This document shows positions 1-9,586 of a stretch of 64,000 nucleotides of DNA, one piece after another. This stretch comes from Smithellaceae bacterium (GTDB taxonomy: Bacteria > Desulfobacterota > Syntrophia > Syntrophales > Smithellaceae): NCBI GenBank assembly GCA_028693285.1, contig JAQUVQ010000005.1:19160-83159 (forward strand), given 5' to 3'. The notes under the pieces are model-generated. The model was not told the DNA's origin, did not search any database, and worked only from the letters and a program-made list of their open reading frames with translations. The translations under genes were made by a program, and so were the position numbers. Numbering within the stretch: position 1 is the first letter of the stretch; each line of letters begins with the position of its first letter.

Positions 1-419
1 CAGAGATCAATTTCCCAACTGGCGTTGAGCGTGGTCTGATAGGCGGGATAAGGATTGGAAACGCCGGCGGGCCAGGGCGACGCTCCTGCTTCCGTGGAAC
101 GCTGCCTTGTGGCGGACCCTGCCGCTTGCGCCTGGGGAAAGAGATCGCCCCGGGCAGCCGCATAGCGGCCCTCATACTCCTCGATCCGCGCCGCCGCGAT
201 GAGGACGTCTTTGTTCTCCTTCAGGGCTGTTTCAATGAGCCCGTTGAGGACGGGATCGTTGAACTGCTCCCACCAGCGCGCATTAATCAGCGTTCGCGCC
301 TCCTTGTCCTCAAAGCGCCATTCGGTCGGCGCCTGGATGTCCGGACGCCGGTAATCCGGACCGACGGCGCAGCCGGCGATGAGGAGGATGAAAAAGAGAA
401 TGGATATCTTCCTGATCAT
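1..419 (-). CDS. Efflux outer-membrane factor lipoprotein (NodT/OprM family), 5' part only; gene runs off the left edge
   Basis: My own reverse-strand translation from ATG 419-417 gives MIRKISILFFILLIAGCAVGPDYRRPDIQAPTEWRF... The lipobox LIAGC followed by GPDY is the usual NodT-family N-terminus. It starts 1 nt after the RND gene stop (421-423). It is not in the ORF track because it is truncated. Confidence 0.8.
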   Translation of the reverse strand, partial: MIRKISILFFILLIAGCAVGPDYRRPDIQAPTEWRFEDKEARTLINARWWEQFNDPVLNGLIETALKENKDVLIAAARIEEYEGRYAAARGDLFPQAQAAGSATRQRSTEAGASPWPAGVSNPYPAYQTTLNASWEIDL

Positions 420-420
420 T

Positions 421-3400
421 TTATTTCCCCTCCCCGGCCGGGGTTTCCCCGGTTGTTGCCGTTGGCGCGGCGCCGCTCTGCAATTTTTTGTTTCCCGATC
501 TTCCCAAACGCTCCGTCAGTTTTTCCAGAAGGAAGTAGAACATCGGAATGAAGAAAACGGCAATCAGTGTCGCGCCCAGCATTCCTCCGATGACGCCCGT
601 GCCGATGGAGTGCCGGCTGTTGGCCGAGGCGCCGCTGGCGACGGCCAGGGGGACGCAGCCGAGAATAAAGGCCAGAGAGGTCATGACGATGGGGCGCAGG
701 CGCATTTTCGAGGCCGAAACCGCTGCATCAAAGGCGCTCATCCCCTCCTGGCGCTTCAGTACGGCAAATTCGATGATGAGAATGGCGTTTTTTGCAGCCA
801 GAGCAATCAGCGTGATCAGACCGATCTGGAAATAGATGTCATTTTCCTGGCCCCGAAGCCAGATGGCGACGAGCGCGCCGAAGATGGCGAAAGGTACGGC
901 CATCAGGACGCCGAAGGGCAGCGACCATTTTTCATACTGGGCGGCCAGAATGAGAAACACCATGATCAGGCCGAAGATAAAGACCACTACCGTCGTCCCG
1001 CCCGATTTCTTTTCTTCAAAGGACTCTCCGCTCCATGCGTAGGAGAAGTCCTGAGGAAGAACTTCCGCCGCGACTCGCTCCATGGCTGCGATGGCGTCTC
1101 CCGAACTGTAACCGGGGGCGGGGCCGCCAATAACCTTGGCGGCGGGGAAATTATTAAACCGCGTAACCAGATCGGGGCCGGTGACATTTTTCTGCGAGAC
1201 CAGGGCTTTCAAGGGCACCATACTGCCGCTTCTGGATCGGACATAGATCTGATCCATATCGCTGGGACGGGAGCGGTATTCCGGCTCCGCCTGGAGGATC
1301 ACCTGCCACAGGCGGCTGAATTTCGTGAACTGACTGACGTAGGAGGAACCGAAGAGGATCTGGAGCGTGTTGTAAACGTCTTCCACGGGAACGCCCAGAT
1401 TTTCCGACTTTTCCCGGTCCACATCCACCAGAAGCTGCCGGGAATGGACGTTAAAAAGGGTCGCTACACCCTGGAGTTCGGGCTGCTTTTCCGCCCGGGC
1501 GACCAATTCTTTTGTGAGGGATTCCAGTTTGGACATGTCCCCGGACCCGCGATTCTGTATCCAGAACTCAAACCCGGCGGTAACTCCCAGGCCGGGGATC
1601 GACGGCGGGTTCATCGGCATGACGAATCCTTCCCGAAGTCCCAAAAACAATTTGGATGTTTTGTCGATGATCGCCGGAGCGCGGAGCTCTTTGGGTTTTC
1701 GTTTCTCGTAGTCATTGAGGGAAATGAACTGCAAACCCGCATTGGTTTTGCTTTCTCCGTCCAGGAGGCTGTAGCCGTCCACTTCCACGACGTTCTCAAC
1801 GGCTGGATGCCCGGCATAAATCGTTCTGACCTTTTGATTTAAATCCTGGGTGCGGTCCAGACTGGCCGCGTCGGGCAGTAAAGCGACGCCGAGGAGGTAG
1901 CCCTGGTCTTCCGAGGGCACAAAGCTGGTGGGGACATGTCTAAAGAGAACGAAGACGCAGGTGAGCATAACGGCAAAGATGCACAGGGCCACTGCCACAC
2001 GCTTGATGATGAGCGAGACGCCCCTGGAGTATCCTTCCGTCAGACCGGCGAATTTCGCATCGAACGTCCTGAAGAACCGGTTTTTCTCCCCGTGCCGGGG
2101 TTTCAGGAGCAGAGCGGCCATGGCGGGGGAAAGCGTCAGGGCGACAATTCCGGAAAAAACCACGGACATGGCGATGGTAATGGCAAACTGCTTGTAGAGC
2201 TGCCCCGTAATGCCGCCGAGAAAAGCGACGGGGATGAAAACGGCGCACAGAACGAGGACGATGGCGACGACGGGCCCCGTGACCTCCTCCATGGCTTTCT
2301 TGGCCGCGTCCTTGGGCGATAGATTGAATTCCCTCATGTTCCTCTCGACATTTTCGATGACGACGATGGCGTCATCGACGACAATGCCGATGGCCAGCAC
2401 CATTCCGAAAAGCGTCAGCATGTTGATGGAAAATCCAAAGAGCGTCATGCCGATAAAGGTTCCGATAATCGAGACGGGGATGGCCAGAATGGGGATGACC
2501 GTGGCGCGGATACTCTGGAGAAACAGGAAGACGACCACGATGACGAGCAGGCAGGCCTCGAAGAAAGTGATGACAACCTCTTTGATGGAGGCCCGCACAA
2601 ATTTCGTGGTGTCCATGGCGATTTTGTAATCAATGCCGTCGGGAAAGCCTTTCTTCAGCTCCTTCAGGGTTTTTTCCACCTGTTTAGAAACGTCCAGGGA
2701 GTTGGCGCCGGCCTGCTGAAAAACGGCAATAATCGTTGCGTCTTTTCCATTTAAACGGCAGCGGGTGCCATAGTCTTTGGCCCCAAATTCCGCCCGCCCG
2801 ACGTCTTTGAGGCGAACCATGGCGGCGCCTTGAGCGTTTACCCGGAGGATGATATTTTCAAATTCGGCGGGTTCGATGAGCCTTCCCTTGGTCGTCACGG
2901 AGAAGGTCTGCTCTACGCGCCCCTTCGTCGGGGCCTGGCCGATCTTGCCGACGGCGAACTGCTGATTCTGGTTTTTGATGGCATTGGCCACGTCGGAGGC
3001 TGTGATCCCCAGCTGAATGAGCCGGTCGGGCTTCAGCCAGATGCGCATGGCATAGTCGGGCATGCCCATGATCGCCGCCTGACTGGCGCCGGGGATTCGC
3101 TTGATGGCGTCGAGAATATACAGATTGGCATAATTGGCGACATACTGGTGGTCATAGCGGTCGTTGGGCGAATAGATGCCGACGACCATAAGGAAGCTGC
3201 TCGATTTCTTGCTGACGATGACGCCCTGTTGCTGGACGGATTGGGGAAGCTGAGGCAAGGCCTGATTGACGCGGTTTTGAATGTCCACCTGGGCCAGATC
3301 TGGGCTGGTGCCGATTTCGAAATAGACGCTGAGGTTCATCATACCCGAGCTGGAACTTGTGGAGGACATATAGATCATATTATCCGCCCCGTTCACTTGA

Positions 3401-3603
3401 AGTTCGATGGGGGCGGCGATATTTTCGGAGATGACGTCGGCGCTGGCGCCCGGATAGGTTGCCGAGACGGTGACCACGGGAGGTGTGATATCCGGGTATT
3501 GGGCGATGGGCAGATTGCTCATGGCCACCAGCCCGGCGATAACAATAACGATGGAAATCACGGAGGCAAAAACAGGGCGGTCGATGAAGAAGTGGGAAAT
3601 CAT
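421..3603 (-). CDS. RND efflux permease (HAE1, AcrB/MexB-like)
   Basis: 1060-aa ORF. The N-terminus MISHFFIDRPVFASVISIVIVIAGL and the size are characteristic of the AcrB family. It sits between the adaptor and OMF genes. Confidence 0.95.
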   Translation of the reverse strand: MISHFFIDRPVFASVISIVIVIAGLVAMSNLPIAQYPDITPPVVTVSATYPGASADVISENIAAPIELQVNGADNMIYMSSTSSSSGMMNLSVYFEIGTSPDLAQVDIQNRVNQALPQLPQSVQQQGVIVSKKSSSFLMVVGIYSPNDRYDHQYVANYANLYILDAIKRIPGASQAAIMGMPDYAMRIWLKPDRLIQLGITASDVANAIKNQNQQFAVGKIGQAPTKGRVEQTFSVTTKGRLIEPAEFENIILRVNAQGAAMVRLKDVGRAEFGAKDYGTRCRLNGKDATIIAVFQQAGANSLDVSKQVEKTLKELKKGFPDGIDYKIAMDTTKFVRASIKEVVITFFEACLLVIVVVFLFLQSIRATVIPILAIPVSIIGTFIGMTLFGFSINMLTLFGMVLAIGIVVDDAIVVIENVERNMREFNLSPKDAAKKAMEEVTGPVVAIVLVLCAVFIPVAFLGGITGQLYKQFAITIAMSVVFSGIVALTLSPAMAALLLKPRHGEKNRFFRTFDAKFAGLTEGYSRGVSLIIKRVAVALCIFAVMLTCVFVLFRHVPTSFVPSEDQGYLLGVALLPDAASLDRTQDLNQKVRTIYAGHPAVENVVEVDGYSLLDGESKTNAGLQFISLNDYEKRKPKELRAPAIIDKTSKLFLGLREGFVMPMNPPSIPGLGVTAGFEFWIQNRGSGDMSKLESLTKELVARAEKQPELQGVATLFNVHSRQLLVDVDREKSENLGVPVEDVYNTLQILFGSSYVSQFTKFSRLWQVILQAEPEYRSRPSDMDQIYVRSRSGSMVPLKALVSQKNVTGPDLVTRFNNFPAAKVIGGPAPGYSSGDAIAAMERVAAEVLPQDFSYAWSGESFEEKKSGGTTVVVFIFGLIMVFLILAAQYEKWSLPFGVLMAVPFAIFGALVAIWLRGQENDIYFQIGLITLIALAAKNAILIIEFAVLKRQEGMSAFDAAVSASKMRLRPIVMTSLAFILGCVPLAVASGASANSRHSIGTGVIGGMLGATLIAVFFIPMFYFLLEKLTERLGRSGNKKLQSGAAPTATTGETPAGEGK

Positions 3604-3616
3604 TTATAATTTTCTC

Positions 3617-4843
3617 CTATTTCTTCACCGGCGGCGCCGGCGATTTCTGATCCGTGACAGGTGCGGCGCCTTTGGCAACCGGGGACGTATCGATCTTGAG
3701 GGGTGCTCCCGGCGACATCTTGAGCAGGTTGTCGAGGATGATGCGGTCGCCGGCGGCAAGGCCGCTGTTGATGAACACATCATTGCCCTGCCAGTCTCCG
3801 ACTTCCACGGCGCGGAATTCCGCCTTGCCGTCTTTCCCCGCGATCCAGACGAAAAATCCCTGCGCGCCCTGGTTGACGGCCGTTCGGGGGATCAGGATGC
3901 CGTTGGGGCGGATGCCTCCCAGCAGGTGCACGCGGACGAACTGCCCGGGCCGGATGACCGTCGGGGAGTTGATGGGATTGGGAATTTCCGCCCGAACCTC
4001 ATAGGTTCCGGTTTCGGAATTATAGGAAGGATCGGCGAAATTAAGGCGGCCCTTGTGGGGGAAGATCGAGCCGTCGGCCATTTGAACCTTGACCTCGAAA
4101 TCGGAGCCCTTGGGCATTTTAAAAAGCCCTTTGGCCAGATGGTCCATCAGCTTGAGGTTTTCGTTTTCCGAGATGCTGAAATCCACCCAGATGGGGTCGA
4201 TCTTGGCCACATAGGTCAGAAGGCTGGCCTGACCCACGGAGATGTAGCTTCCCTCCTGCTGCTTTGCCCGTCCGGCCAATCCGTCAATGGGGGAGGTAAT
4301 CGTGGTGTAGCTCAGTTTCAGCTCCGCGTCCTGGACGCTTCCCTGGGCGGCAAAGACGGCGGCGCGGGCGCTCTTTTCCGCGCTGACGGCGTCATCGAGG
4401 TCTTTCTGGCTGACGGCGTTTTTCTCCGCGAGGGGACGGACTCTTTTCAGCGTCGCTTCGGCATTGACCAGCTTGGCCTCCTGCTGGGCCAGCGCGCCCC
4501 GGGCCTGCTGGAGATCCGCTTCAAACGGCCGGCGGTCGATTTGAAACAGCGTTTGACCGGCCCGGACGCGTCCGCCTTCCTCGTAGGTTTTCTTTTCCAG
4601 AAAGCCTTCGACGCGGGCGCGGATTTCCACCTGATGGGAGCTTTCCGTCGTGCCGACAAATTCGATGTCAATCGGGACATCCCGGGGAGCGACCGTCATG
4701 ACCGTGACGGGAATGGCCGGCCGGGAATGCTCTTTGTCGCTTTTATCGCCGCATCCCGAAAAGACGGCCGCGAAGATGAGAAACCAGCCGATGCAAAATA
4801 CCAGGAAAAAAAACGAGCGGTGCGAACGACCTGTACCATCCAT
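3617..4843 (-). CDS. RND efflux membrane-fusion (periplasmic adaptor) lipoprotein
   Basis: The ORF track starts at TTG 4849, but GGAGG-N7-ATG at 4843 is the likelier start. It has a lipoprotein signal (...AAVFSGCGDK) and AcrA/HlyD-type adaptor text (e.g. LKLSYTTITSPIDG). Confidence 0.9.
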   Translation of the reverse strand: MDGTGRSHRSFFFLVFCIGWFLIFAAVFSGCGDKSDKEHSRPAIPVTVMTVAPRDVPIDIEFVGTTESSHQVEIRARVEGFLEKKTYEEGGRVRAGQTLFQIDRRPFEADLQQARGALAQQEAKLVNAEATLKRVRPLAEKNAVSQKDLDDAVSAEKSARAAVFAAQGSVQDAELKLSYTTITSPIDGLAGRAKQQEGSYISVGQASLLTYVAKIDPIWVDFSISENENLKLMDHLAKGLFKMPKGSDFEVKVQMADGSIFPHKGRLNFADPSYNSETGTYEVRAEIPNPINSPTVIRPGQFVRVHLLGGIRPNGILIPRTAVNQGAQGFFVWIAGKDGKAEFRAVEVGDWQGNDVFINSGLAAGDRIILDNLLKMSPGAPLKIDTSPVAKGAAPVTDQKSPAPPVKK

Positions 4844-5042
4844 GTACAAACCTCCATCCGTGTAAAAAAGCTGCGTGACGAATGTTTTGAAAAATTCAGA
4901 ATGACTTTTTCATCGGAGCCATCCGGTTGGAACCGGAATCCCTGGCGATCGGACGATTCCGGATGCATTCTTCGACGAGATGCCCCCATCGGGGCGTTTT
5001 GCGAAACTCTCCTGTGAACGCCAATTGTTGTCCTGGCTGCAA

Positions 5043-5071
5043 CATATAGGAAAATTCCACCGCCAAGTCAA
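5043..5071 (-). promoter_or_regulatory. Candidate sigma70-type promoter for the efflux operon (TTGACT-N17-TATATG)
   Basis: On the minus strand: -35 TTGACT (5071-5066), a 17-nt spacer, then -10 TATATG (5048-5043). It lies about 200 nt upstream of the MFP start. Confidence 0.45.
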
Positions 5072-5168
5072 TGGTTTTATATGCCTTATGTCTGAACCTT
5101 TGGCGGGCGTCTTTTGGGCTCATCCGCTCTGTTATTCACACGGATGCCCGACGGGGTCGAAGGCGTTC

Positions 5169-5834
5169 TTAGGTGGCAAGGCCCGGCAGCGCGATCCGTT
5201 TCTCCAGTCTGCGCGCTGCAAGAACGATGATGGAAATCAGCGCCAGGTAAACTGCTCCGGCCGTGACATAGGCCTTGAAAAACTGAAAATTGGTTGAGGC
5301 AACCTCCTGCATCTGGGCAAAAAAGTCATGATACTGAATAAGAAAAGCGACGGAAGTGTCTTTCAGGTTCTGGATCGCCTGGTTGGTCAGCGAAGGAACG
5401 GACATGCGCATCACCTGCGGCATAATAATCAGGCGAAACGTTTCCCGGCGTGTAAATCCCTGGGACCGGGCGGCTTCCAACTCGGTTTTGTCCAGACCGT
5501 TGTAGGCCGTCGCCAGGTAACGGGCGTTGTAGGCGGAAACATTCAGGGTAAAACCGATGACCGCCACGGTAAACGCCGACAGGCGAATGCCGAGTTCGGG
5601 CAATCCGTAATACATCAGAAAAAGATGAACGATCAGCGGCGTCCCGATAAAGAAGGATATAAAACCGTCCATCCATCTCCGCACGGCTTTATGGCTGCTG
5701 AGCGTCAGGTAAAAGACGCCAACCCCTCCCATCAATCCCGTAACCGACATGATCACCATGAGCACAACGGTGTTTTTCAAGCCCGCCAGAATCTGGGGCC
5801 AGTAGGCAATCAGGTCTTGAATAAAAGCGTCCAT
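5169..5834 (-). CDS. Polar amino-acid ABC transporter permease (HisM/GlnP type)
   Basis: 221-aa multi-TM ORF with the EAA-like loop region (ELEAARSQGFTRRETFRLIIMPQ). It sits in an operon with an ABC ATPase. Confidence 0.9.
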   Translation of the reverse strand: MDAFIQDLIAYWPQILAGLKNTVVLMVIMSVTGLMGGVGVFYLTLSSHKAVRRWMDGFISFFIGTPLIVHLFLMYYGLPELGIRLSAFTVAVIGFTLNVSAYNARYLATAYNGLDKTELEAARSQGFTRRETFRLIIMPQVMRMSVPSLTNQAIQNLKDTSVAFLIQYHDFFAQMQEVASTNFQFFKAYVTAGAVYLALISIIVLAARRLEKRIALPGLAT

Positions 5835-5839
5835 AACGG

Positions 5840-6577
5840 TTACCGGTGATCGATGACACTCATGAAGAAATGTTTGATGCGCGGGTCGGCATGGTTGTAA
5901 AAGAGGCGCTCGGCGATGTCTTCAGCCACGACCACTCCTTCATCCAGGAAAATAATGCTGTCGGAAATATATTTCGCCAGAAACGGGTCATGCGTGACGC
6001 AGAGCATGGTGACATTTTCCAGAAAAAGCTTGTTGATGACGGTGACCACTTCGCGGGACATTTCCGGATCGAGGGCGGACGTCGGTTCGTCCAGGAAAAG
6101 CACCGCCGGGTCCATGGCCAGCGCCCGGACAATGGCCGCCCGCTGTTTCTGTCCGCCGGAAAGCTGCGCGGGATACTTGCCGCGGTGTTCAATCATGCCC
6201 ACGCGCTCCAGCTCGTGCGAGGCTTTTTGGACGGCTTCCGTCGCTTTCATTTTTTTGAGTTTGCGCAGCCCCAGCGTGACATTTTCCTCCACCGTCAGAT
6301 GCCGGTACAGCGCAAAATGCTGAAACACAAACCCGATATCCGCGCGGACTTTGCGAATGTCCACGCCCGGACGGGTGATGTCCTCTCCCTTGAAGATGAT
6401 CCGGCCGGACGTCGGCGGCAACAGCAGATTCAGGCAGCGCAGCAGCGTGGACTTGCCGCAGCCCGAAGTGCCCATGACGACTTTGGACTGCCCTTCGGAA
6501 AGTTCCAGGTTAATCCCCTTGAGGACGGTCTTGCCGTCAAACGCCTTTGCCAGATCTTTCACTTCAATCAGTGCCAT
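5840..6577 (-). CDS. Polar amino-acid ABC transporter ATP-binding protein (GlnQ-like)
   Basis: Walker A GTSGCGKST, ABC signature LSGGQKQR, Walker B LFLDEPTSALD. Confidence 0.95.
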   Translation of the reverse strand: MALIEVKDLAKAFDGKTVLKGINLELSEGQSKVVMGTSGCGKSTLLRCLNLLLPPTSGRIIFKGEDITRPGVDIRKVRADIGFVFQHFALYRHLTVEENVTLGLRKLKKMKATEAVQKASHELERVGMIEHRGKYPAQLSGGQKQRAAIVRALAMDPAVLFLDEPTSALDPEMSREVVTVINKLFLENVTMLCVTHDPFLAKYISDSIIFLDEGVVVAEDIAERLFYNHADPRIKHFFMSVIDHR

Positions 6578-6589
6578 CAGGGTTCCTTT

Positions 6590-7243
6590 TTACTTGGACG
6601 CCAGTCCGGGAACGCGGAATCTCTTTTCCAGCGTCATGAAAAACATCACAAACAGCTTGTAAATCAAAAAGTAAAGGATCCCGACAGCCAGATAAATTTC
6701 CAGGCCCCTGAGCGTCAGGGCGGCCAGGCTCATGGCCTCTTTCATGATTTCGGGAATCCCCACCGTGTAGGCAAAAGGCGTGTATTTCAAAACGGAGGTA
6801 AACTCGTTGATCATGCCCGGAACGGACATGCGAAACATCTGGGGCATGATGATGTAGAAAAAAATCTCCCAGCGGTTAAGCCCCGCCGCTTCGGCGGCCA
6901 GAATTTCATCGCCATCGACGGCAGCCATCGCGCCCCGGAACACTTCCGCCAGATAGGCTCCGGAAACCAGCCCCAGGGTGGCGACCATCGATACGAACGG
7001 CGAAATCCGTATGCCGATCCCCGGCAGGCCGAAAAAAAGAATAAACAGGAGAACGAGGACGGGAATGCTGCGGAACACATACGTATAGACGGCCAAAAAC
7101 AGACTGACCGCCTTCCAGCGCAGCGTGCTTAAAACGGCCAGCGACAGCCCGACCGCCAGACCGGCGCTGATGCTGGCCAGCGTCACCAAAACCGTGTATC
7201 CGGCGCCTTCGGCCAGAATGATCAGGATATTCCCGAAAGTCAT
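6590..7243 (-). CDS. Polar amino-acid ABC transporter permease
   Basis: 217-aa multi-TM ORF with the EAA loop (ILAAEAAGLNRWEIFFYIIMPQ). It is a paralog of 5169-5834. Confidence 0.9.
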   Translation of the reverse strand: MTFGNILIILAEGAGYTVLVTLASISAGLAVGLSLAVLSTLRWKAVSLFLAVYTYVFRSIPVLVLLFILFFGLPGIGIRISPFVSMVATLGLVSGAYLAEVFRGAMAAVDGDEILAAEAAGLNRWEIFFYIIMPQMFRMSVPGMINEFTSVLKYTPFAYTVGIPEIMKEAMSLAALTLRGLEIYLAVGILYFLIYKLFVMFFMTLEKRFRVPGLASK

Positions 7244-7262
7244 CGGTGCGGCGGGCGCCCTT

Positions 7263-8012
7263 CTACTTCATCCACTTATCGACGATGACTTTCAGTTTTT
7301 CCGGCCCCAGTTCTGCCAGATACTTGTCGAAATCATCGCGCAGCGGAGATCCTTTGGGAAACGCAAAGCCAAACATGTCAAATCCGGTGAAGACATAGCT
7401 GTCCTGAATGTCCATTTTCTTTTTGTAAACCGAGGCGACCGAACCGTCCAGGAATGCCAGATCCAGGTTGCCGTTTTTCAGGTCGGCCAGCACTTCGTTG
7501 TACGTCGGATACATTTTGACGTCGCTGAGCTTGTAAACGCCCTGCGGCTCCAGTTTGTTCTTGATGAAATCGCTGTAGGCCATGCCGCGCGGATAGCCGA
7601 TGGCGTATTTCTTCAGCTCGGCCAGATCGTTGATGACAAGATTCTTGCTTTTGAGGCTCACCAGATTCCAGGTGTTGTCCATGTATGGTTTGGAAAAATC
7701 CATCACTTCCTTGCGCTTGTCGGTAATGGAAATCGCGGAAAACGCCACATCGGCCTGCTTGCCGATCACCGCGCCGAGCATTCCCTGCCAGTCGTAGGAA
7801 GTGATCTTGTACTGCCGGTTCCGTGCCTTGCAGAAACCCTCGAAAATTTCCAGGTCCATGCCCTGAAACTTCCCGTTTTCCTCAAACAGGTTCGGCGGCG
7901 ACGTGGGGCACACGGCTACCTGGATGAGAGAAGATTCTTCTTTCTTGCCGCAGCCGACGAGGCCCATAACGAAAATTACGAAAAGAATCATTAAGATGGT
8001 TGATTTTTTCAT
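7263..8012 (-). CDS. Amino-acid ABC transporter substrate-binding lipoprotein (family 3 SBP)
   Basis: The likely start is ATG 8012 (MKKSTILMILFVIFVMGLVGCGKK, with a lipobox). The track ORF extends to 8048. The text is SBP_bac_3-like (DVAFSAISITDKRKEVMDFSKPY). Confidence 0.85.
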   Translation of the reverse strand: MKKSTILMILFVIFVMGLVGCGKKEESSLIQVAVCPTSPPNLFEENGKFQGMDLEIFEGFCKARNRQYKITSYDWQGMLGAVIGKQADVAFSAISITDKRKEVMDFSKPYMDNTWNLVSLKSKNLVINDLAELKKYAIGYPRGMAYSDFIKNKLEPQGVYKLSDVKMYPTYNEVLADLKNGNLDLAFLDGSVASVYKKKMDIQDSYVFTGFDMFGFAFPKGSPLRDDFDKYLAELGPEKLKVIVDKWMK

Positions 8013-8050
8013 GATAAGTCCCCTTGTGCGATTCAATGCTTTTCGCACCG

Positions 8051-8079
8051 TTTATAGGGGAAGCCGCATGCCCTGTCAA
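8051..8079 (-). promoter_or_regulatory. Near-consensus sigma70-type promoter of the amino-acid ABC operon
   Basis: On the minus strand: TTGACA (8079-8074), a 17-nt spacer, then TATAAA (8056-8051), about 40 nt upstream of the SBP start. Confidence 0.6.
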
Positions 8080-8097
8080 CGAAAAAGAGGATAAATC

Positions 8098-9111
8098 TTG
8101 ACAAAGGTTTGGGAATCGGGAAAAAGCCATCCCCGTAACAATGATTTTGACCAACAAAGGATTTCAAAATTGCCCATCCTGTATTTGGCTCCGCTTCAGG
8201 GAATGACAGACCGCATTTACCGCAATCTGTTTCCCCTGTATTTCAAAGGCGTCGATCTGGCCGTCGCGCCCTTTCTTTCCGCGACAAAAAGCATCAAGCC
8301 CGGCAGTCTGCTGCGCGACTATTCTCCCGATCAAAACTCGGGGATTTCGACGATACCGCAGATCATGAGCTCCGGTCCGGATGATTTTACGCGGCTGGCC
8401 AACGCGCTGTTCGACATCGGGTACGGCACGGTCAACTGGAATCTCGGCTGTCCGTTTCGCATGGTGGTGAAGAAGGGCAGGGGCGCGGGGATGCTCTGCC
8501 GACCGGACCGGATCGAAGCCTTTCTCGAAAAAGCAGTGCCCGCGTTGAAACCGAAATTGTCCATCAAGCTCCGGCTGGGCTTGAAAGATCCGGACGAAAT
8601 CCTGGAGCTCATTCCCGTTTTCAACCGGTTTCCGCTCGATGAGCTGATCATCCATCCGCGGACAGCCGTGCAGATGTACGATGGCGAGGTTGACCTCGAT
8701 AGGTTCGGGAAGTGTCTGGATATCTCGAGGCACACTGTGGTCTATAACGGAGACATCGATACGGTCCGGACGCATCGGATGCTTGCCGGGCGCTTCGGGT
8801 CCGTGGACCGCTGGATGATCGGCCGGGGCCTTCTGGGCAATCCGTTTCTCGCGGAGGAAATCAAAGGTCGCATCGAAAGGCCGTATAAGGAGAAAGTCCA
8901 AATCCTGCGCGCTTTCCACGATCACCTGTTTGCCGAATATTCCCAAATCCTGTCCGGCCCCGCGCATATCACGAATAAAATGAAGGAATTCTGGACGTAT
9001 TCAGGGAGTTTTCTGAAAAACAGGGAAAAAATCCGCAAAAGCATCAACAAAACTTATCGCCGCGATCAGTACCTGGACGTTGTTCGGACCATATTTGATG
9101 ACCTACTGTGA
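8098..9111 (+). CDS. tRNA-dihydrouridine synthase family protein
   Basis: Dus hallmarks are present: LAPLQGMTDRIYR, NLGCP, HPRTAVQMY, VYNGDI, MIGRGLLGNPF. The true start is uncertain. The TTG at 8098 is part of a TTGACA hexamer, and an internal TTG near 8170 is an alternative. Confidence 0.8.
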   Translation: MTKVWESGKSHPRNNDFDQQRISKLPILYLAPLQGMTDRIYRNLFPLYFKGVDLAVAPFLSATKSIKPGSLLRDYSPDQNSGISTIPQIMSSGPDDFTRLANALFDIGYGTVNWNLGCPFRMVVKKGRGAGMLCRPDRIEAFLEKAVPALKPKLSIKLRLGLKDPDEILELIPVFNRFPLDELIIHPRTAVQMYDGEVDLDRFGKCLDISRHTVVYNGDIDTVRTHRMLAGRFGSVDRWMIGRGLLGNPFLAEEIKGRIERPYKEKVQILRAFHDHLFAEYSQILSGPAHITNKMKEFWTYSGSFLKNREKIRKSINKTYRRDQYLDVVRTIFDDLL

Positions 9112-9229
9112 TGTTTGGTTGATCTTTGCCGGGAATTCTGTTACCGGATTTTCATGCAAATCGAATGGAAAAGGGAGTTCTTCCGGGGGTAGGCCGCCCG
9201 CGCCACGCCAGGGGGCTTGAGGCCACGGG

Positions 9230-9562
9230 ATGCTCCGGTATCATTACCTTTTTGACCGGGTGCGGATTCTGCGCAACGAGCAGGAGGCGCCGTGCTTTCG
9301 GAAGAAAAAATATTCGGTGTCCCTGCTGGGCCTGGGAAGGTTCACGGCCGTCATCGACGAGCGCGACCGAAAGATTCTCTCCGTCCTGCAAAAGCCCCTG
9401 TCGCTCACGGAGATTGCCGAACGGGGACTCATTTACGGCCGCAAATATCACGTCGACGCCTGGATCTGCATGTGGGAATTCATCATGATCAGAAAGCATG
9501 TGCAAAGAATGGTCGGACAGGGCCGGATTTTGGATTTGGGAGATCAATTGATCGCGGCCTGA
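9230..9562 (+). CDS. Hypothetical 110-aa protein with a winged-helix-like segment
   Basis: The ORF ends 24 nt before the APC permease gene. The segment RDRKILSVLQKPLSLTEIAERGL resembles wHTH recognition regions. No family was recognised with certainty. It could also be a remnant of a longer gene. Confidence 0.35.
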   Translation: MLRYHYLFDRVRILRNEQEAPCFRKKKYSVSLLGLGRFTAVIDERDRKILSVLQKPLSLTEIAERGLIYGRKYHVDAWICMWEFIMIRKHVQRMVGQGRILDLGDQLIAA

Positions 9563-9586
9563 CCTTTCGGAGAAAGGAATGTCCCG

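Noticed and set aside
379-1842. Long ORFs opposite confident genes, including 379-1842(+), 33740-35407(-), 37118-38824(-), 45811-47010(-), 48517-50208(-), 53600-55270(-) and 55664-57304(-)
   Set aside because: All lie antisense to ORFs with strong family signatures. They have Arg/Gly/His-rich composition typical of GC-rich shadow frames and carry no motifs or plausible RBS.
8098-8126. TTGACA at 8098 as the -35 of a dus promoter
   Set aside because: The hexamer 17 nt downstream is AAAAAG, which is not -10-like. The TTGACA may instead contain the TTG start codon, and this cannot be resolved from sequence alone.
9126-9488. 120-aa ORF upstream of and overlapping the 110-aa ORF
   Set aside because: Its composition is Cys/Arg/Ser-rich and non-protein-like. 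The alternative frame (9230-9562) gives a more plausible sequence.
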